Virus record (IMG/VR): IMGVR_UViG_3300008952_000019
Coordinates: 27,449-91,448 of that record
Length of the DNA stretch: 64,000 nucleotides
Direction: 5' to 3' (one strand)
Origin: a virus
This document shows, piece by piece, positions 1-9,425 of this stretch (the stretch's first letter is position 1; the number at the start of each line of letters is the position of its first letter). Made by a program: the position numbers and the translations under genes. The notes under the pieces were generated by a model that was given only the letters and a program-made list of their open reading frames with translations, did no database searches and had not been told where the DNA came from.

Positions 1-989
1 CTGTATGCACCATTCATTCCATAAATCCAATTAAAATATAAATTTTTAGCAGATTTATCGTCTAATACTTTTTCTAAATTTGTTGAACCATCTATCTGTT
101 GAATACCATAATATATTCTGCAACGAATTCTATTTACACCGTTACCTTCCATCGTTTCGTAAAAACCACCATTTGTAATACCTAAATAATGATGACTGTT
201 TACGGCGGCTTGATGAGAACTTGCAAGATCAATTACAGGAGTAGCAGGATTCAAAAATACTGCTTCTTTACGTTTTCTATTATATGATGTAGATCCTTTA
301 GTCATGCCTGTATTACCAGGTATGTCTTTTGTAGATGTTGCAGTTGCTTTACCATGAAGTGTCATAAATCTATTTTGAAGAGCTAATTTCTCTCTAACAT
401 ATGATACATAATATCTATTATCTCGTACTTCCCAAGAACCTATCTGCCCCATTTCTCGTCGCCTAAAATCACCTATGTGATGATTATAATACCCTATAGT
501 ACCTGCGGCGCCCATTTTAAGCCTATAATGTCCTAGCTCACCTACTGCATCTGTTCCGTTAATATAACAATGACTTGTGGAAGCATAACATGCAGTATCT
601 AACCAACAATGATTTCCGCCATGATGAAATGATTGAATATCGGCCCAACCATGATGACCATAATTTCCATCACATCCTGATGTACAATGATACCCCATAT
701 ATTTTCTTGAATCATATATTTCTAAATTACTATCATATACGGCCGAGCCACCGCCAGTATGAGAGTGATTAGAATTTCTACCACTCCAAATAACAAACTC
801 AGGATCTCGTTCAAAGTATAATTCTTGAGGACCTGTAGGTCGTTTACTAAAAATTTTATCTTCAGGTACGATTTCCTGAACATTATTTAATGATTTAGCC
901 AATTGAGATAGCTCTGTTGCATTTGCTGTTGCAACTTTATTGTCAATTTGGTCTAAAAGTGTTTGTTTTGTTGTCGATCCTGTTGCCAT
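1..989 (-). CDS. Partial hypothetical protein (at least 329 aa, runs off the left edge) with a His/Cys-rich segment; probably virion/fibre-associated
   Basis: Not in the ORF track. Manual translation from ATG at 989 (AAGGA SD upstream, 11 nt after the 1970-aa stop): MATGSTTKQTLLDQIDNKV...YHCTSGCDGNYGHHGWADIQSFHHGGNHCWLDTACYASTSHCYING..., open to the window edge. Confidence 0.85.
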   Translation of the reverse strand, partial: MATGSTTKQTLLDQIDNKVATANATELSQLAKSLNNVQEIVPEDKIFSKRPTGPQELYFERDPEFVIWSGRNSNHSHTGGGSAVYDSNLEIYDSRKYMGYHCTSGCDGNYGHHGWADIQSFHHGGNHCWLDTACYASTSHCYINGTDAVGELGHYRLKMGAAGTIGYYNHHIGDFRRREMGQIGSWEVRDNRYYVSYVREKLALQNRFMTLHGKATATSTKDIPGNTGMTKGSTSYNRKRKEAVFLNPATPVIDLASSHQAAVNSHHYLGITNGGFYETMEGNGVNRIRCRIYYGIQQIDGSTNLEKVLDDKSAKNLYFNWIYGMNGAY

Positions 990-1000
990 ATTTTATCCTT

Positions 1001-4000
1001 CTATGGTGTGTTCGGGTCCCCAGTGCCTGCTACCCTGTCGTTATCTAATGTAGACATTATACCGGCTATTAATTGTTGTGTTACAAAATTATCTTCAAAA
1101 TAACCTCTAGATATTAAAGTATTTTCAGTTGTAACTGTACCAGCATATTGCGGTTCGCCTTCTGTTGTGTCAAATGTAACCTTACCACTGGCTGCCTTTA
1201 AATTTAAGTTGTTAGTTGATTCAGTTGTTGTACTTATGGTATTGCCGGAAATGTCAACGGTACCTATTGTTGCTGTATTTACCTCTAGAGCGTTCTCACC
1301 ACCACCTAACTGATTAGTTATATATGTTTTTATTGCTTTTTCAGTAACCAATGCATTATCCGAATTACCACTTAATGTTCCATCTGTGGAAAATTCATCA
1401 ATGGTTGCACCATACCCTGCAAATTGTAATGCTCCTAATTTTAATTGTTGTAATCCATTTAATGAAAATTGTTCAGCATTTAATGTTGCAGTACCTGTTG
1501 CCTGTTGTACTGAAAATAATCCGCCAACACTAAAGTTACCATCTTGGTCAGTTGATGTAAAGAATACTCTACCTCCGCAATGACCTTGAGTTTCGTTGGT
1601 CGGATTTGATGGCTGAGTTGGTGTACCAGGATAATTTGATGTTACAAATGTTCCTGTACCTACATCTAAAAAGTCATGACCTGTTAATCTACAACTAGAA
1701 TATTCTTCTCTAAATTGTATTGATGAATTATGAACAGGTGCTTTTGATGCCACCATTGATGGCGATATTTGTACTCTACCAGTACCGTTTGAGCCCCCTG
1801 AATTAACGTATCCGATAGTATTAACAACTTGATAGTATGTTGGGTCGCCTGCTATTTCTAAATTAGAACCATCCTTTGGTTCGCGTTGTAATCCTGTTAC
1901 TTCTAGATATGATCCAGTTTGAGGTACTTCGGCAAAGCCATCTCCACTTACGATTGCAACGGTAGTACCCGGAGTTGTTGCACCACTTGTCATACCTGTC
2001 GGATAACCGCCGCCACCTGAAGTTCGTGTCCATACTGGTACACCATTTTTAATTCTTATTGTACTATTAACTGCTTGAGATCCTAAAGTAATTAAAGGAT
2101 CAGTAATAGTTACAGTAGTAGGTGGATTACTAGCATCATAACCCGATCCTGGATTTACTATTAAAAGTTGTTCTATATCACTTAACGATGAAACCTGACA
2201 CCGTATGAATGCTGCATCAGTTGGTGCAGATCCGCCTGATAATGTGACTGCTGGTTCAATTTCATAAACAGAAGTTGTATCAGGAACTGCCGTTGCACTT
2301 CCGGTCATAGAAATCCATTGGCCATCTAATGTTGCGACTTTAGAAGCATTATCATAATCTTTAACAATAGCATATTGTCCGCCACCTGTTCCGCTTAAAA
2401 GGTTACATACCATACCATTAATTGCATCATCTGCTATTGTATTAGCAGTTGCAGTTAATGTAAGGGTAGCATCGCCCGAAGTTGGATTAGTACCACCTTG
2501 AGCATTACCTGTGTATCTATTAAGATTAGATACATTGTTTATCATATCAATTCTATTTATACCCCCATTAACATGTGCTGCCGTAAATGTAGCCGCTCCG
2601 CCTGCAGCAGTGGTTCCTGCATCATTATCACCTGCAGCAGTAAATGATACAGTAGCATTAGAATAATTTTCTCCTGCGTAACTCCATTCTATTCGTTGGA
2701 CTTGGCCAGTAGATTCATTTACAACAACCCTATAAGGTACAGACTCGCCTGTTCTATTATCTATTTGTCCTGTTTTTTGTGTTAAAATTGCTTCTGAGGC
2801 ATAATGTCCTTCAGATATTGAACCATAATTACCATACGAATTATTACCATTTGCAGAACGTATAATACCACCATGGGTAGTTGCATAACCTACATGGCAA
2901 TAATATGTAAACACCGAGACTGCCTCGATTCTTCCTTTATTTGTTGCAAATAAACCAAAGCCGTTTGAATTAATCTGTGTAAAATCATTTGTACAAAAAC
3001 TTGCATATCTTCCATTAGGTGCATGTGTACCATCACAATAAATACCACCTCCTCCGTCATTAATTGAACAGCAATTCTGAATAAATGGAGATTTAAGATT
3101 AACCTCACCATTAGGATCTAACTGAAAACATACTCCTTTGATTGTAGGTTCTGTATGAGGATTACCTACACCTATAACAGTACCGCCTAGACCTCTGAAT
3201 GTGAACCCTCTAACAGTTATAGCATCGTTGCAATAAAACATAGCACATTCATTATTTGCTATACCGCTCCCTAACATTGATATACCTACGCCGTTGCCAC
3301 CATCATCTTCCATGTTAGGCTCAATAAATGTTGTACGCATTTCAGTGCCGAAAATACCGACTCCTGCTGGAATTGTAATAGGTAAAAATTCTTTAAATAC
3401 ACCTGGTGCACACTTAATTTGATCACCTGTTCTAGCTCTTGCACATGCATATCTTATTGTTTTAAATGCTGCACTTGGATTTTTACCCCATGTAATAACA
3501 CCTGTTACTTGATTATCAGAATCAACTTTTACACCATTTAATACTTCTCGCCAACCTTCATTAATAGCACCTGATTCTGCATTCGCAGGTTCTACACCTA
3601 CACGTTCTTTTATAGCCATATAAACTTTATATTTTACAGCAGAACTATTATAATTAGCAGAAGTTGTACTATCATCTTTTCCGTACAATCTATCTTTTCC
3701 ATAATATATATGAACTGTATTGGATGGGTTCTGAGCTGTTGTTTGTGCTATTGGAGCCGAAGGTGATATTTTAACCCATGGTGCTCCTGCTACTGCATTT
3801 GTCATTGGTGCTACTGTATCTGCATTAGTTGTATCTTTACATTTATACCAATCCATTGTTGCAGGAGTCGGCGCTGTATCTACATGTGATACTATTTCAC
3901 CTATAGTATAAGTTCCGCCTGACTGCCATGCAGGAGGAGCCCATCGAGTAACCTGACCTGGAAGATAAGTTGCAGTAGAACTATAATCCTGAACAGCTAC

Positions 4001-6913
4001 GCCAGAACTAGAACTACCGGACGCTTGTGACGCGACTGCATTGGATATAATAGTTGCCTGACTAGATGTTATATCGTTAAATGCTGTAGTTGCATTAGCT
4101 GAAGCATTTGTTATTGCAGGATACGTTATTGCGGTACCTACAGAAGTATTATTTTTAACTGCATCTTCTATAACTTGTAAATTTGTATCTACTATTGTAG
4201 TTTCTGCACTTGTTCCTGCGGTTCCTGAAGTATCTTGGGTTACTGCAGATTGTTCTGGATTCCAAGAAGTATTTTCTTCAATACAATACTTAAATACATC
4301 TGCCATATAATTATATGCTAATCCGGTAACTACTCTATGATTTGCAGGTATCTGAGATGCTCCGCCATCAAAAAATGAGTTAGCAGATATTATAGTACCA
4401 AAATCACCACCATACATTAAATCATAACACATAGCATCAACAAAATATTTTGTGTCTCGTGTACATTTTGTTGCATCATGAACATAACTAGCACTACCTG
4501 CAACAGATGCTACCGCCGCCGATATAATTGTAGTTTGATCCGTTGTAACTTCTGTATGTGCAGTTATATAAGTTGAAGTAGCAACATCTACCGCTGTAGG
4601 GGCCGGAATTCCTGCGGCACTATTAGCAGTAATTGCATCTTCTATAATTTGTACTAAACTTGAACATATTGTGCCTTCTGCGGCTGTTGCGGGTGTACCA
4701 AGTATATCTTGTGTTTCGGTATTTCCTGTTTGAGGAGTTACTGTTGTTTCTTGAACAATATCACTTGCAATTGATGCTAAATGATCGTATGCTAATACAG
4801 TTACATTTCTTTCTGTTGGAGTTGTTAATTGAGAAACACCTCCATCAAAAAATGATTTAGCCATTATTGTCATTGCAGTATCGCCACCGTACATTAAATC
4901 ATAAGTTAAAGCATCAACAATATAACCCGAATCTCTTGTACATTTTGCTTCATCGTATGTTGAAAAGTGAGAGGCATAATTTTGTGTTACCCACGCATTT
5001 ACATCTGCGGCTATAAAATCTTTGTTTGCTTGTAATTGGTCACCACCATTTTTTCTATCTGTCCAATCTGATCTACCTGTATTAAAATCTGGAAAAGTCA
5101 AAGCATTAGCACTACTAAGACCATTATCCATAATATCTTTAATTTCTGCATAGGCGGCAACTACTGCGGTTTCTGCCGCACCAGTTACATTAGCTAATGC
5201 TTTAACAGCAGTTTCGGAATGGTCAATTGCATCTTGAACTCGTACTATATCTGAAGAAGTTGCATACAGGCTATAATTCATTCTAATACCAGTAATAACT
5301 GCCATATAATTTGAGCCAATTGCCATATCATTTTTTGCGGCATCAACAACATAACCTAAATCTCTTGTACATAAATCTTGTTCTGCTTGTGTCATTGCAC
5401 TAATATAATCTTCTACCCAAGCATTTACTTCTGCGGCTATAAAGTTTTTATTTGCCTGCATTTGTGCTACTGCATTTTGTTTATTTTGGGTAGCACCAAA
5501 GGCTGGCAATGTTACAGGATTTGCTGCGGCATGACCGTTGTTTATAATATCTGTTACTTCATTAAACCCGTTTGTTACGTCTGTTAGTATTGAATTTACT
5601 GTTTTAACACTATTAATATCTACAGTTGCTAACTTTGCATGATTAATGGCTCCTAACACTCTTATTCTATCAGCGGTTGTTACAGATACACCATATTGCA
5701 TTCTATGACCAACTATGGTTTGCATATAATTTGTGCCTATTGCCATATCATATTTTGAAGCATTTAACACATATCCTAAGTCTCTTGTACATAATGTTTG
5801 TTCATTACTTGTCATAGCTCCTGTTGACGTTACACCTGGGCTATAAGTAAGATTTTCTTCGTCTTCACCTTTATGAGCGTCTACATACCAAGTGTATGAT
5901 TCGTCATCTGGATCCCAATGTACAGGATGACCTTGACCTTCGTCTGCTCTTAGTTTCCACCCTTTTTGACCAACATTTAATGCTACATTAGTACTTGTAC
6001 GTATCATTATATCACCAGGAGAATTCATTACAATTTGTGTATCTCCAGCTGATAATGTTTCCCAAAATGTTGTGTTTGGCGGTTTTGTTGTAGCAGATCC
6101 GTCACCTAAATGTTCGTCTTTACAAACATATGAACTATTTGTTTCTTTAACAACATCACCTAAATAATACGTTACACTATCGGCCCAATCACCTATAAAT
6201 TTAAAACCTGAATTTAACTGGTCCCAATAGGTTGAATTAACTATTGTTTGATTATAAGTTGGAGAACTGCTATCTCCATCTTGTACTGTAGGAGAATTAC
6301 CTGTAGTATCTGCGTTTGCAACATATGTATATCCGTTTCGTCTAATTACACTACCTGGTTTATATGCAGTACCTGAGTTATAATCTCCCATTACTGTAAA
6401 TCCAGTAGTTACAATCTCCCAATTAGCAGTATCGGTAGGTAGATTTTCTTTTGTATCTTGTTTTGCAGTATATGTGTAACCACCATAAGTTACAACATCA
6501 CCTGTTTGGTATTGTTTACTATTAATATAGGAATCTTCGAATTCTAGACCTGGTACAAACAGTACCCATTTTGCATTGTCAGTAACAAAACCTGAATTTG
6601 CATCAGCATCTGATGTATGATGTGTTTTACAAATATATAAATTAGAACCCCACCTAACTACATCATTTAATTTATATGCCGTACCTGCTTGCCATGCTGG
6701 TGTGGTTGTATTATATGAAAAACTTTCTGTATGTAACGACCAATAAGAATTACTATCTAAATCTGTATAAAATGCTGCATCAGCAGTATGGTTAACTACA
6801 CATACATAAGTGTTAGCCCCATACTTAATAATGTCATCTATAATATATGCGGTGCCTGTAACCCAGTCACCTTTCCATTTGAACTTCAGTCGTCCTAAAA
6901 TAAAATCAGCCAT
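1001..6913 (-). CDS. Giant virion/fibre protein: N-terminal CBM5/12-like repeats, four phycobiliprotein-like CxRD helical domains, pectin-lyase-like beta-helix
   Basis: 1970 aa; about 6 repeats of W/Y..GT.Y...DVV.YG...Y.C...H; four CTRD motifs (Cys375, 515, 658, 817); beta-helix cap motif AFKTIRYA...APGVFKEFLPITIPAGVGIFGTEMRTT; ATAAATA and AAGGA upstream. Confidence 0.75.
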   Translation of the reverse strand: MADFILGRLKFKWKGDWVTGTAYIIDDIIKYGANTYVCVVNHTADAAFYTDLDSNSYWSLHTESFSYNTTTPAWQAGTAYKLNDVVRWGSNLYICKTHHTSDADANSGFVTDNAKWVLFVPGLEFEDSYINSKQYQTGDVVTYGGYTYTAKQDTKENLPTDTANWEIVTTGFTVMGDYNSGTAYKPGSVIRRNGYTYVANADTTGNSPTVQDGDSSSPTYNQTIVNSTYWDQLNSGFKFIGDWADSVTYYLGDVVKETNSSYVCKDEHLGDGSATTKPPNTTFWETLSAGDTQIVMNSPGDIMIRTSTNVALNVGQKGWKLRADEGQGHPVHWDPDDESYTWYVDAHKGEDEENLTYSPGVTSTGAMTSNEQTLCTRDLGYVLNASKYDMAIGTNYMQTIVGHRMQYGVSVTTADRIRVLGAINHAKLATVDINSVKTVNSILTDVTNGFNEVTDIINNGHAAANPVTLPAFGATQNKQNAVAQMQANKNFIAAEVNAWVEDYISAMTQAEQDLCTRDLGYVVDAAKNDMAIGSNYMAVITGIRMNYSLYATSSDIVRVQDAIDHSETAVKALANVTGAAETAVVAAYAEIKDIMDNGLSSANALTFPDFNTGRSDWTDRKNGGDQLQANKDFIAADVNAWVTQNYASHFSTYDEAKCTRDSGYIVDALTYDLMYGGDTAMTIMAKSFFDGGVSQLTTPTERNVTVLAYDHLASIASDIVQETTVTPQTGNTETQDILGTPATAAEGTICSSLVQIIEDAITANSAAGIPAPTAVDVATSTYITAHTEVTTDQTTIISAAVASVAGSASYVHDATKCTRDTKYFVDAMCYDLMYGGDFGTIISANSFFDGGASQIPANHRVVTGLAYNYMADVFKYCIEENTSWNPEQSAVTQDTSGTAGTSAETTIVDTNLQVIEDAVKNNTSVGTAITYPAITNASANATTAFNDITSSQATIISNAVASQASGSSSSGVAVQDYSSTATYLPGQVTRWAPPAWQSGGTYTIGEIVSHVDTAPTPATMDWYKCKDTTNADTVAPMTNAVAGAPWVKISPSAPIAQTTAQNPSNTVHIYYGKDRLYGKDDSTTSANYNSSAVKYKVYMAIKERVGVEPANAESGAINEGWREVLNGVKVDSDNQVTGVITWGKNPSAAFKTIRYACARARTGDQIKCAPGVFKEFLPITIPAGVGIFGTEMRTTFIEPNMEDDGGNGVGISMLGSGIANNECAMFYCNDAITVRGFTFRGLGGTVIGVGNPHTEPTIKGVCFQLDPNGEVNLKSPFIQNCCSINDGGGGIYCDGTHAPNGRYASFCTNDFTQINSNGFGLFATNKGRIEAVSVFTYYCHVGYATTHGGIIRSANGNNSYGNYGSISEGHYASEAILTQKTGQIDNRTGESVPYRVVVNESTGQVQRIEWSYAGENYSNATVSFTAAGDNDAGTTAAGGAATFTAAHVNGGINRIDMINNVSNLNRYTGNAQGGTNPTSGDATLTLTATANTIADDAINGMVCNLLSGTGGGQYAIVKDYDNASKVATLDGQWISMTGSATAVPDTTSVYEIEPAVTLSGGSAPTDAAFIRCQVSSLSDIEQLLIVNPGSGYDASNPPTTVTITDPLITLGSQAVNSTIRIKNGVPVWTRTSGGGGYPTGMTSGATTPGTTVAIVSGDGFAEVPQTGSYLEVTGLQREPKDGSNLEIAGDPTYYQVVNTIGYVNSGGSNGTGRVQISPSMVASKAPVHNSSIQFREEYSSCRLTGHDFLDVGTGTFVTSNYPGTPTQPSNPTNETQGHCGGRVFFTSTDQDGNFSVGGLFSVQQATGTATLNAEQFSLNGLQQLKLGALQFAGYGATIDEFSTDGTLSGNSDNALVTEKAIKTYITNQLGGGENALEVNTATIGTVDISGNTISTTTESTNNLNLKAASGKVTFDTTEGEPQYAGTVTTENTLISRGYFEDNFVTQQLIAGIMSTLDNDRVAGTGDPNTP

Positions 6914-6939
6914 TCGACCATTCCTTATGTAATTTAATA

Positions 6940-6946
6940 TATTTAT
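6940..6946 (-). promoter_or_regulatory. T4-like late promoter (ATAAATA)
   Basis: ATAAATA 26 nt upstream of the ATG at 6913, in a 47-nt intergenic gap. Confidence 0.6.
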
Positions 6947-6960
6947 TTAAAATATACTTT

Positions 6961-7398
6961 TTAAACCGCAGTGGATCCACCTGTTGAGGCGTACACAAAA
7001 TCTTGTTTATATCTTGCTACTAATTTACCTGCAGAATTCAAATAATAAAATAATTTTAAGTTATCAAATCTAAACTGTTCATGATTTCTATTACCTATAT
7101 TTGTTTCATGGGCTGCTCTACCTGTTTCTGATGTACCAGTTTGCCACATGTTGTAATCAGTACCATCATCTGTTTTACCTTCTAACATATCTTCTATGCC
7201 GTTAAAAGAAAAACCATCATCATTTGTAAGCTCAATAGATTCTGTACCATTCATTAATACTCTTGTGTATGTTAATAATCCGTCTGAGTCTCTTTTTAGT
7301 GCATGATAAGCATATTGATCTGATATTTGATTAACTTGACCTGATCCGGTAACAGAACTACTCGATGGACTTAAAAAATCTGAAAGATAAATTGCCAT
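6961..7398 (-). CDS. Hypothetical virion-associated protein (about 145 aa)
   Basis: Start reassigned to MAIYLSDF at 7398, which forms a TAATG overlap with the upstream stop. Confidence 0.7.
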   Translation of the reverse strand: MAIYLSDFLSPSSSSVTGSGQVNQISDQYAYHALKRDSDGLLTYTRVLMNGTESIELTNDDGFSFNGIEDMLEGKTDDGTDYNMWQTGTSETGRAAHETNIGNRNHEQFRFDNLKLFYYLNSAGKLVARYKQDFVYASTGGSTAV

Positions 7399-7820
7399 TA
7401 AAATACTCTCCATGTCGAACCATTATACGATAAACCAAATGATGCATTATTATAATCTACAATCATATCATCTGCTAAATCCATAATAGTATTTCCATTT
7501 CTTAAAACTGTAACATTTAAACTTGCAAAATTGCCGCCGCCATCAGATATGTGAACTGCATCACCGGTGTTAGGCGAAGCAGGTAATGTTACATTAATAG
7601 GATTAGATCTAGTATCAACTTGAACATTATCACCTGCAGCGATAGTAAAATCCGAATTTTTATATGTTACAGTCGGTTGAGCACCGTGCAATGTTTTAAA
7701 AACTAAATTACCTGAACCGTCGGTCGCAACGGCATCTCCGGCTGTGGCCGAATTTGTTGTGCTAAGTGTCGATGCTGTTACTGAATTATCTGAAATTAAC
7801 CCTGTAGTTTTTAAAGCCAT
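7398..7820 (-). CDS. Small fibre connector with T4 gp9/gp10-like domain
   Basis: VDTRSNPINVTLPASPNTGDAVHISDGGGNF...VLRNGNTI...SYNGSTW pattern typical of gp9/gp10-like connector domains. Confidence 0.6.
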   Translation of the reverse strand: MALKTTGLISDNSVTASTLSTTNSATAGDAVATDGSGNLVFKTLHGAQPTVTYKNSDFTIAAGDNVQVDTRSNPINVTLPASPNTGDAVHISDGGGNFASLNVTVLRNGNTIMDLADDMIVDYNNASFGLSYNGSTWRVF

Positions 7821-7843
7821 TATTCATCCTGTACTCCGTATAA

Positions 7844-7850
7844 TATTTAT
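7844..7850 (-). promoter_or_regulatory. T4-like late promoter (ATAAATA)
   Basis: ATAAATA overlapping the stop of the 289-aa gene, 23 nt upstream of the ATG at 7820. Confidence 0.5.
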
Positions 7851-8716
7851 CGTACAAGCAAGAATGAGACGGTTATAATAACTGAACAAAGGAACACAAC
7901 AAAGGTATAATACGTAATTAGGGGAGTTTTAAAATACATTTTACCTATTATAAAACATTTATGGGTGGGACTTAGCATATAACCTGCATAATCTATAGCA
8001 AAAAACATAGGAAGATATTGAACGCCAAAGATACTTGTAAGAATAGCAGTAAATGCAGCAAAGCGAGATGAAGATCCTAATAAAAAACTACCGGCAAATC
8101 CTAACCAAGCACCTGTAATAAGAGACCATTCGTTGTTTTCGATATATCCTTTAATTTCATTTGTATAAGATTTGATGTAATTTCCTAAAATAATAACTAA
8201 AGCAACCGCAATTAATAATTTCCAATTAACCCAATTTACTTTATTAAATTTTTGTATAGGATTAGCCCATACAACATCTTCATCTTTTAAAAAATAAAAT
8301 ACTAATATTAACGGAAGAACTATACCAATAGTAGCAAGTGGCCCCATTATATACATAAACTCTGTATATGTCAATCCTAAAACTGCCATCGGTATAATAA
8401 CAGATTTCTCTAAAGGCGACCACAAATAGTAATGATGTGTACTGAGATAATCTATAATACCATACCATTTACGTTTATCATCCTTGGGTGCCATAGTATC
8501 CAAAATACCTGCAGATACTGATACTCGACCAGGTATAGGTAATACACCACATACAGAACTAATTATAATAATAAATAACCTATTGGATTTTATATATTTG
8601 TTTAAAAAATTTAATGTTGGATACACCCAACCTTTACGTTGAATATATGCTGAGATAATCATGATAGCTGCCAAATATATAATATACCATTGATTATTAA
8701 ATATTATTTCTAACAT
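7847..8716 (-). CDS. Multi-pass membrane protein, DUF401-like (ion transporter superfamily)
   Basis: 289 aa, many hydrophobic helices; GVLPIPGRVSVSA, THHYYLWSPLE and GYMLSPTHKC recall the DUF401 motifs GLLPMPGG, RH..E..WP and G..LSP.HLC. Confidence 0.65.
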   Translation of the reverse strand: MLEIIFNNQWYIIYLAAIMIISAYIQRKGWVYPTLNFLNKYIKSNRLFIIIISSVCGVLPIPGRVSVSAGILDTMAPKDDKRKWYGIIDYLSTHHYYLWSPLEKSVIIPMAVLGLTYTEFMYIMGPLATIGIVLPLILVFYFLKDEDVVWANPIQKFNKVNWVNWKLLIAVALVIILGNYIKSYTNEIKGYIENNEWSLITGAWLGFAGSFLLGSSSRFAAFTAILTSIFGVQYLPMFFAIDYAGYMLSPTHKCFIIGKMYFKTPLITYYTFVVFLCSVIITVSFLLVR

Positions 8717-9425
8717 GATTTTCGTATAGTCTTTTAATTATATGTCTAGGATATTGGAAAGAAAAGTAATTTAAATATTTTCTTTTCTTTAGCCAGAGCT
8801 TATCGTTCTTAGTTTGATCTCGTACTATAACATCATAACTTTTCTCTGTCAATGGAATTAAATGTGCAATAGGGGTTCCTGCTTTTATAAAAGTAGTTCC
8901 ATTAGGGTAATTCCAGTATCCTTGAATATTTACTTCTGTACTATAACCAGGATCTAAAATACCTATGCAACATTCAAAATCTATAAATTCTGTGTATGAT
9001 ATAGGTACCATTAAAAACTTAACACCTTTAGGTGCCATGACATGCCATGGGGTATTAACTTTAACAATATCAGGCCAACTCCATGGTCGCTTAGGTAAAT
9101 GTTTTCCTATTTTATCACCTAGCTGTAAACTAACTGTATCTTTACCTAAAAACTCATTTATAGACCTATCAGGTACTGACCACTTTTCCCTTGATATTTC
9201 AAGATCATGCCACATAGGAACAATATAACCAGTCGTAAACAGATGGAAAATTCCAGGACATCTAGTTATATGCTGAAAACTAGTTTTTTCATTTTTTTGT
9301 GATATTAAGAAGTCTTTTCTTGCTTCATTAACCCATGAGGGGGTAAATTCTTTTGCAGGTTGTATAGGAAATGATTCTGCTAATCCTTCTACAGATGAAA
9401 AAAATTCAATAGCATTTTTACCCAT
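8697..9425 (-). CDS. dUTPase-fold/DUF6065-like phage protein of unknown function
   Basis: PIQPAKEFTPSW...TRCPGI..LFTTGYIVPMW...PWHVMAPKG...GILD...IKAGTPIAHLIP; lacks the Gly-rich dUTPase motif V. Confidence 0.55.
   Translation of the reverse strand: MGKNAIEFFSSVEGLAESFPIQPAKEFTPSWVNEARKDFLISQKNEKTSFQHITRCPGIFHLFTTGYIVPMWHDLEISREKWSVPDRSINEFLGKDTVSLQLGDKIGKHLPKRPWSWPDIVKVNTPWHVMAPKGVKFLMVPISYTEFIDFECCIGILDPGYSTEVNIQGYWNYPNGTTFIKAGTPIAHLIPLTEKSYDVIVRDQTKNDKLWLKKRKYLNYFSFQYPRHIIKRLYENHVRNNI

Noticed and set aside
8697-9425. Calling the 242-aa protein a true dUTPase
   Set aside because: Only fold-level hints (GILD, AGTPIAHL); the catalytic motif set, including motif V, is not evident
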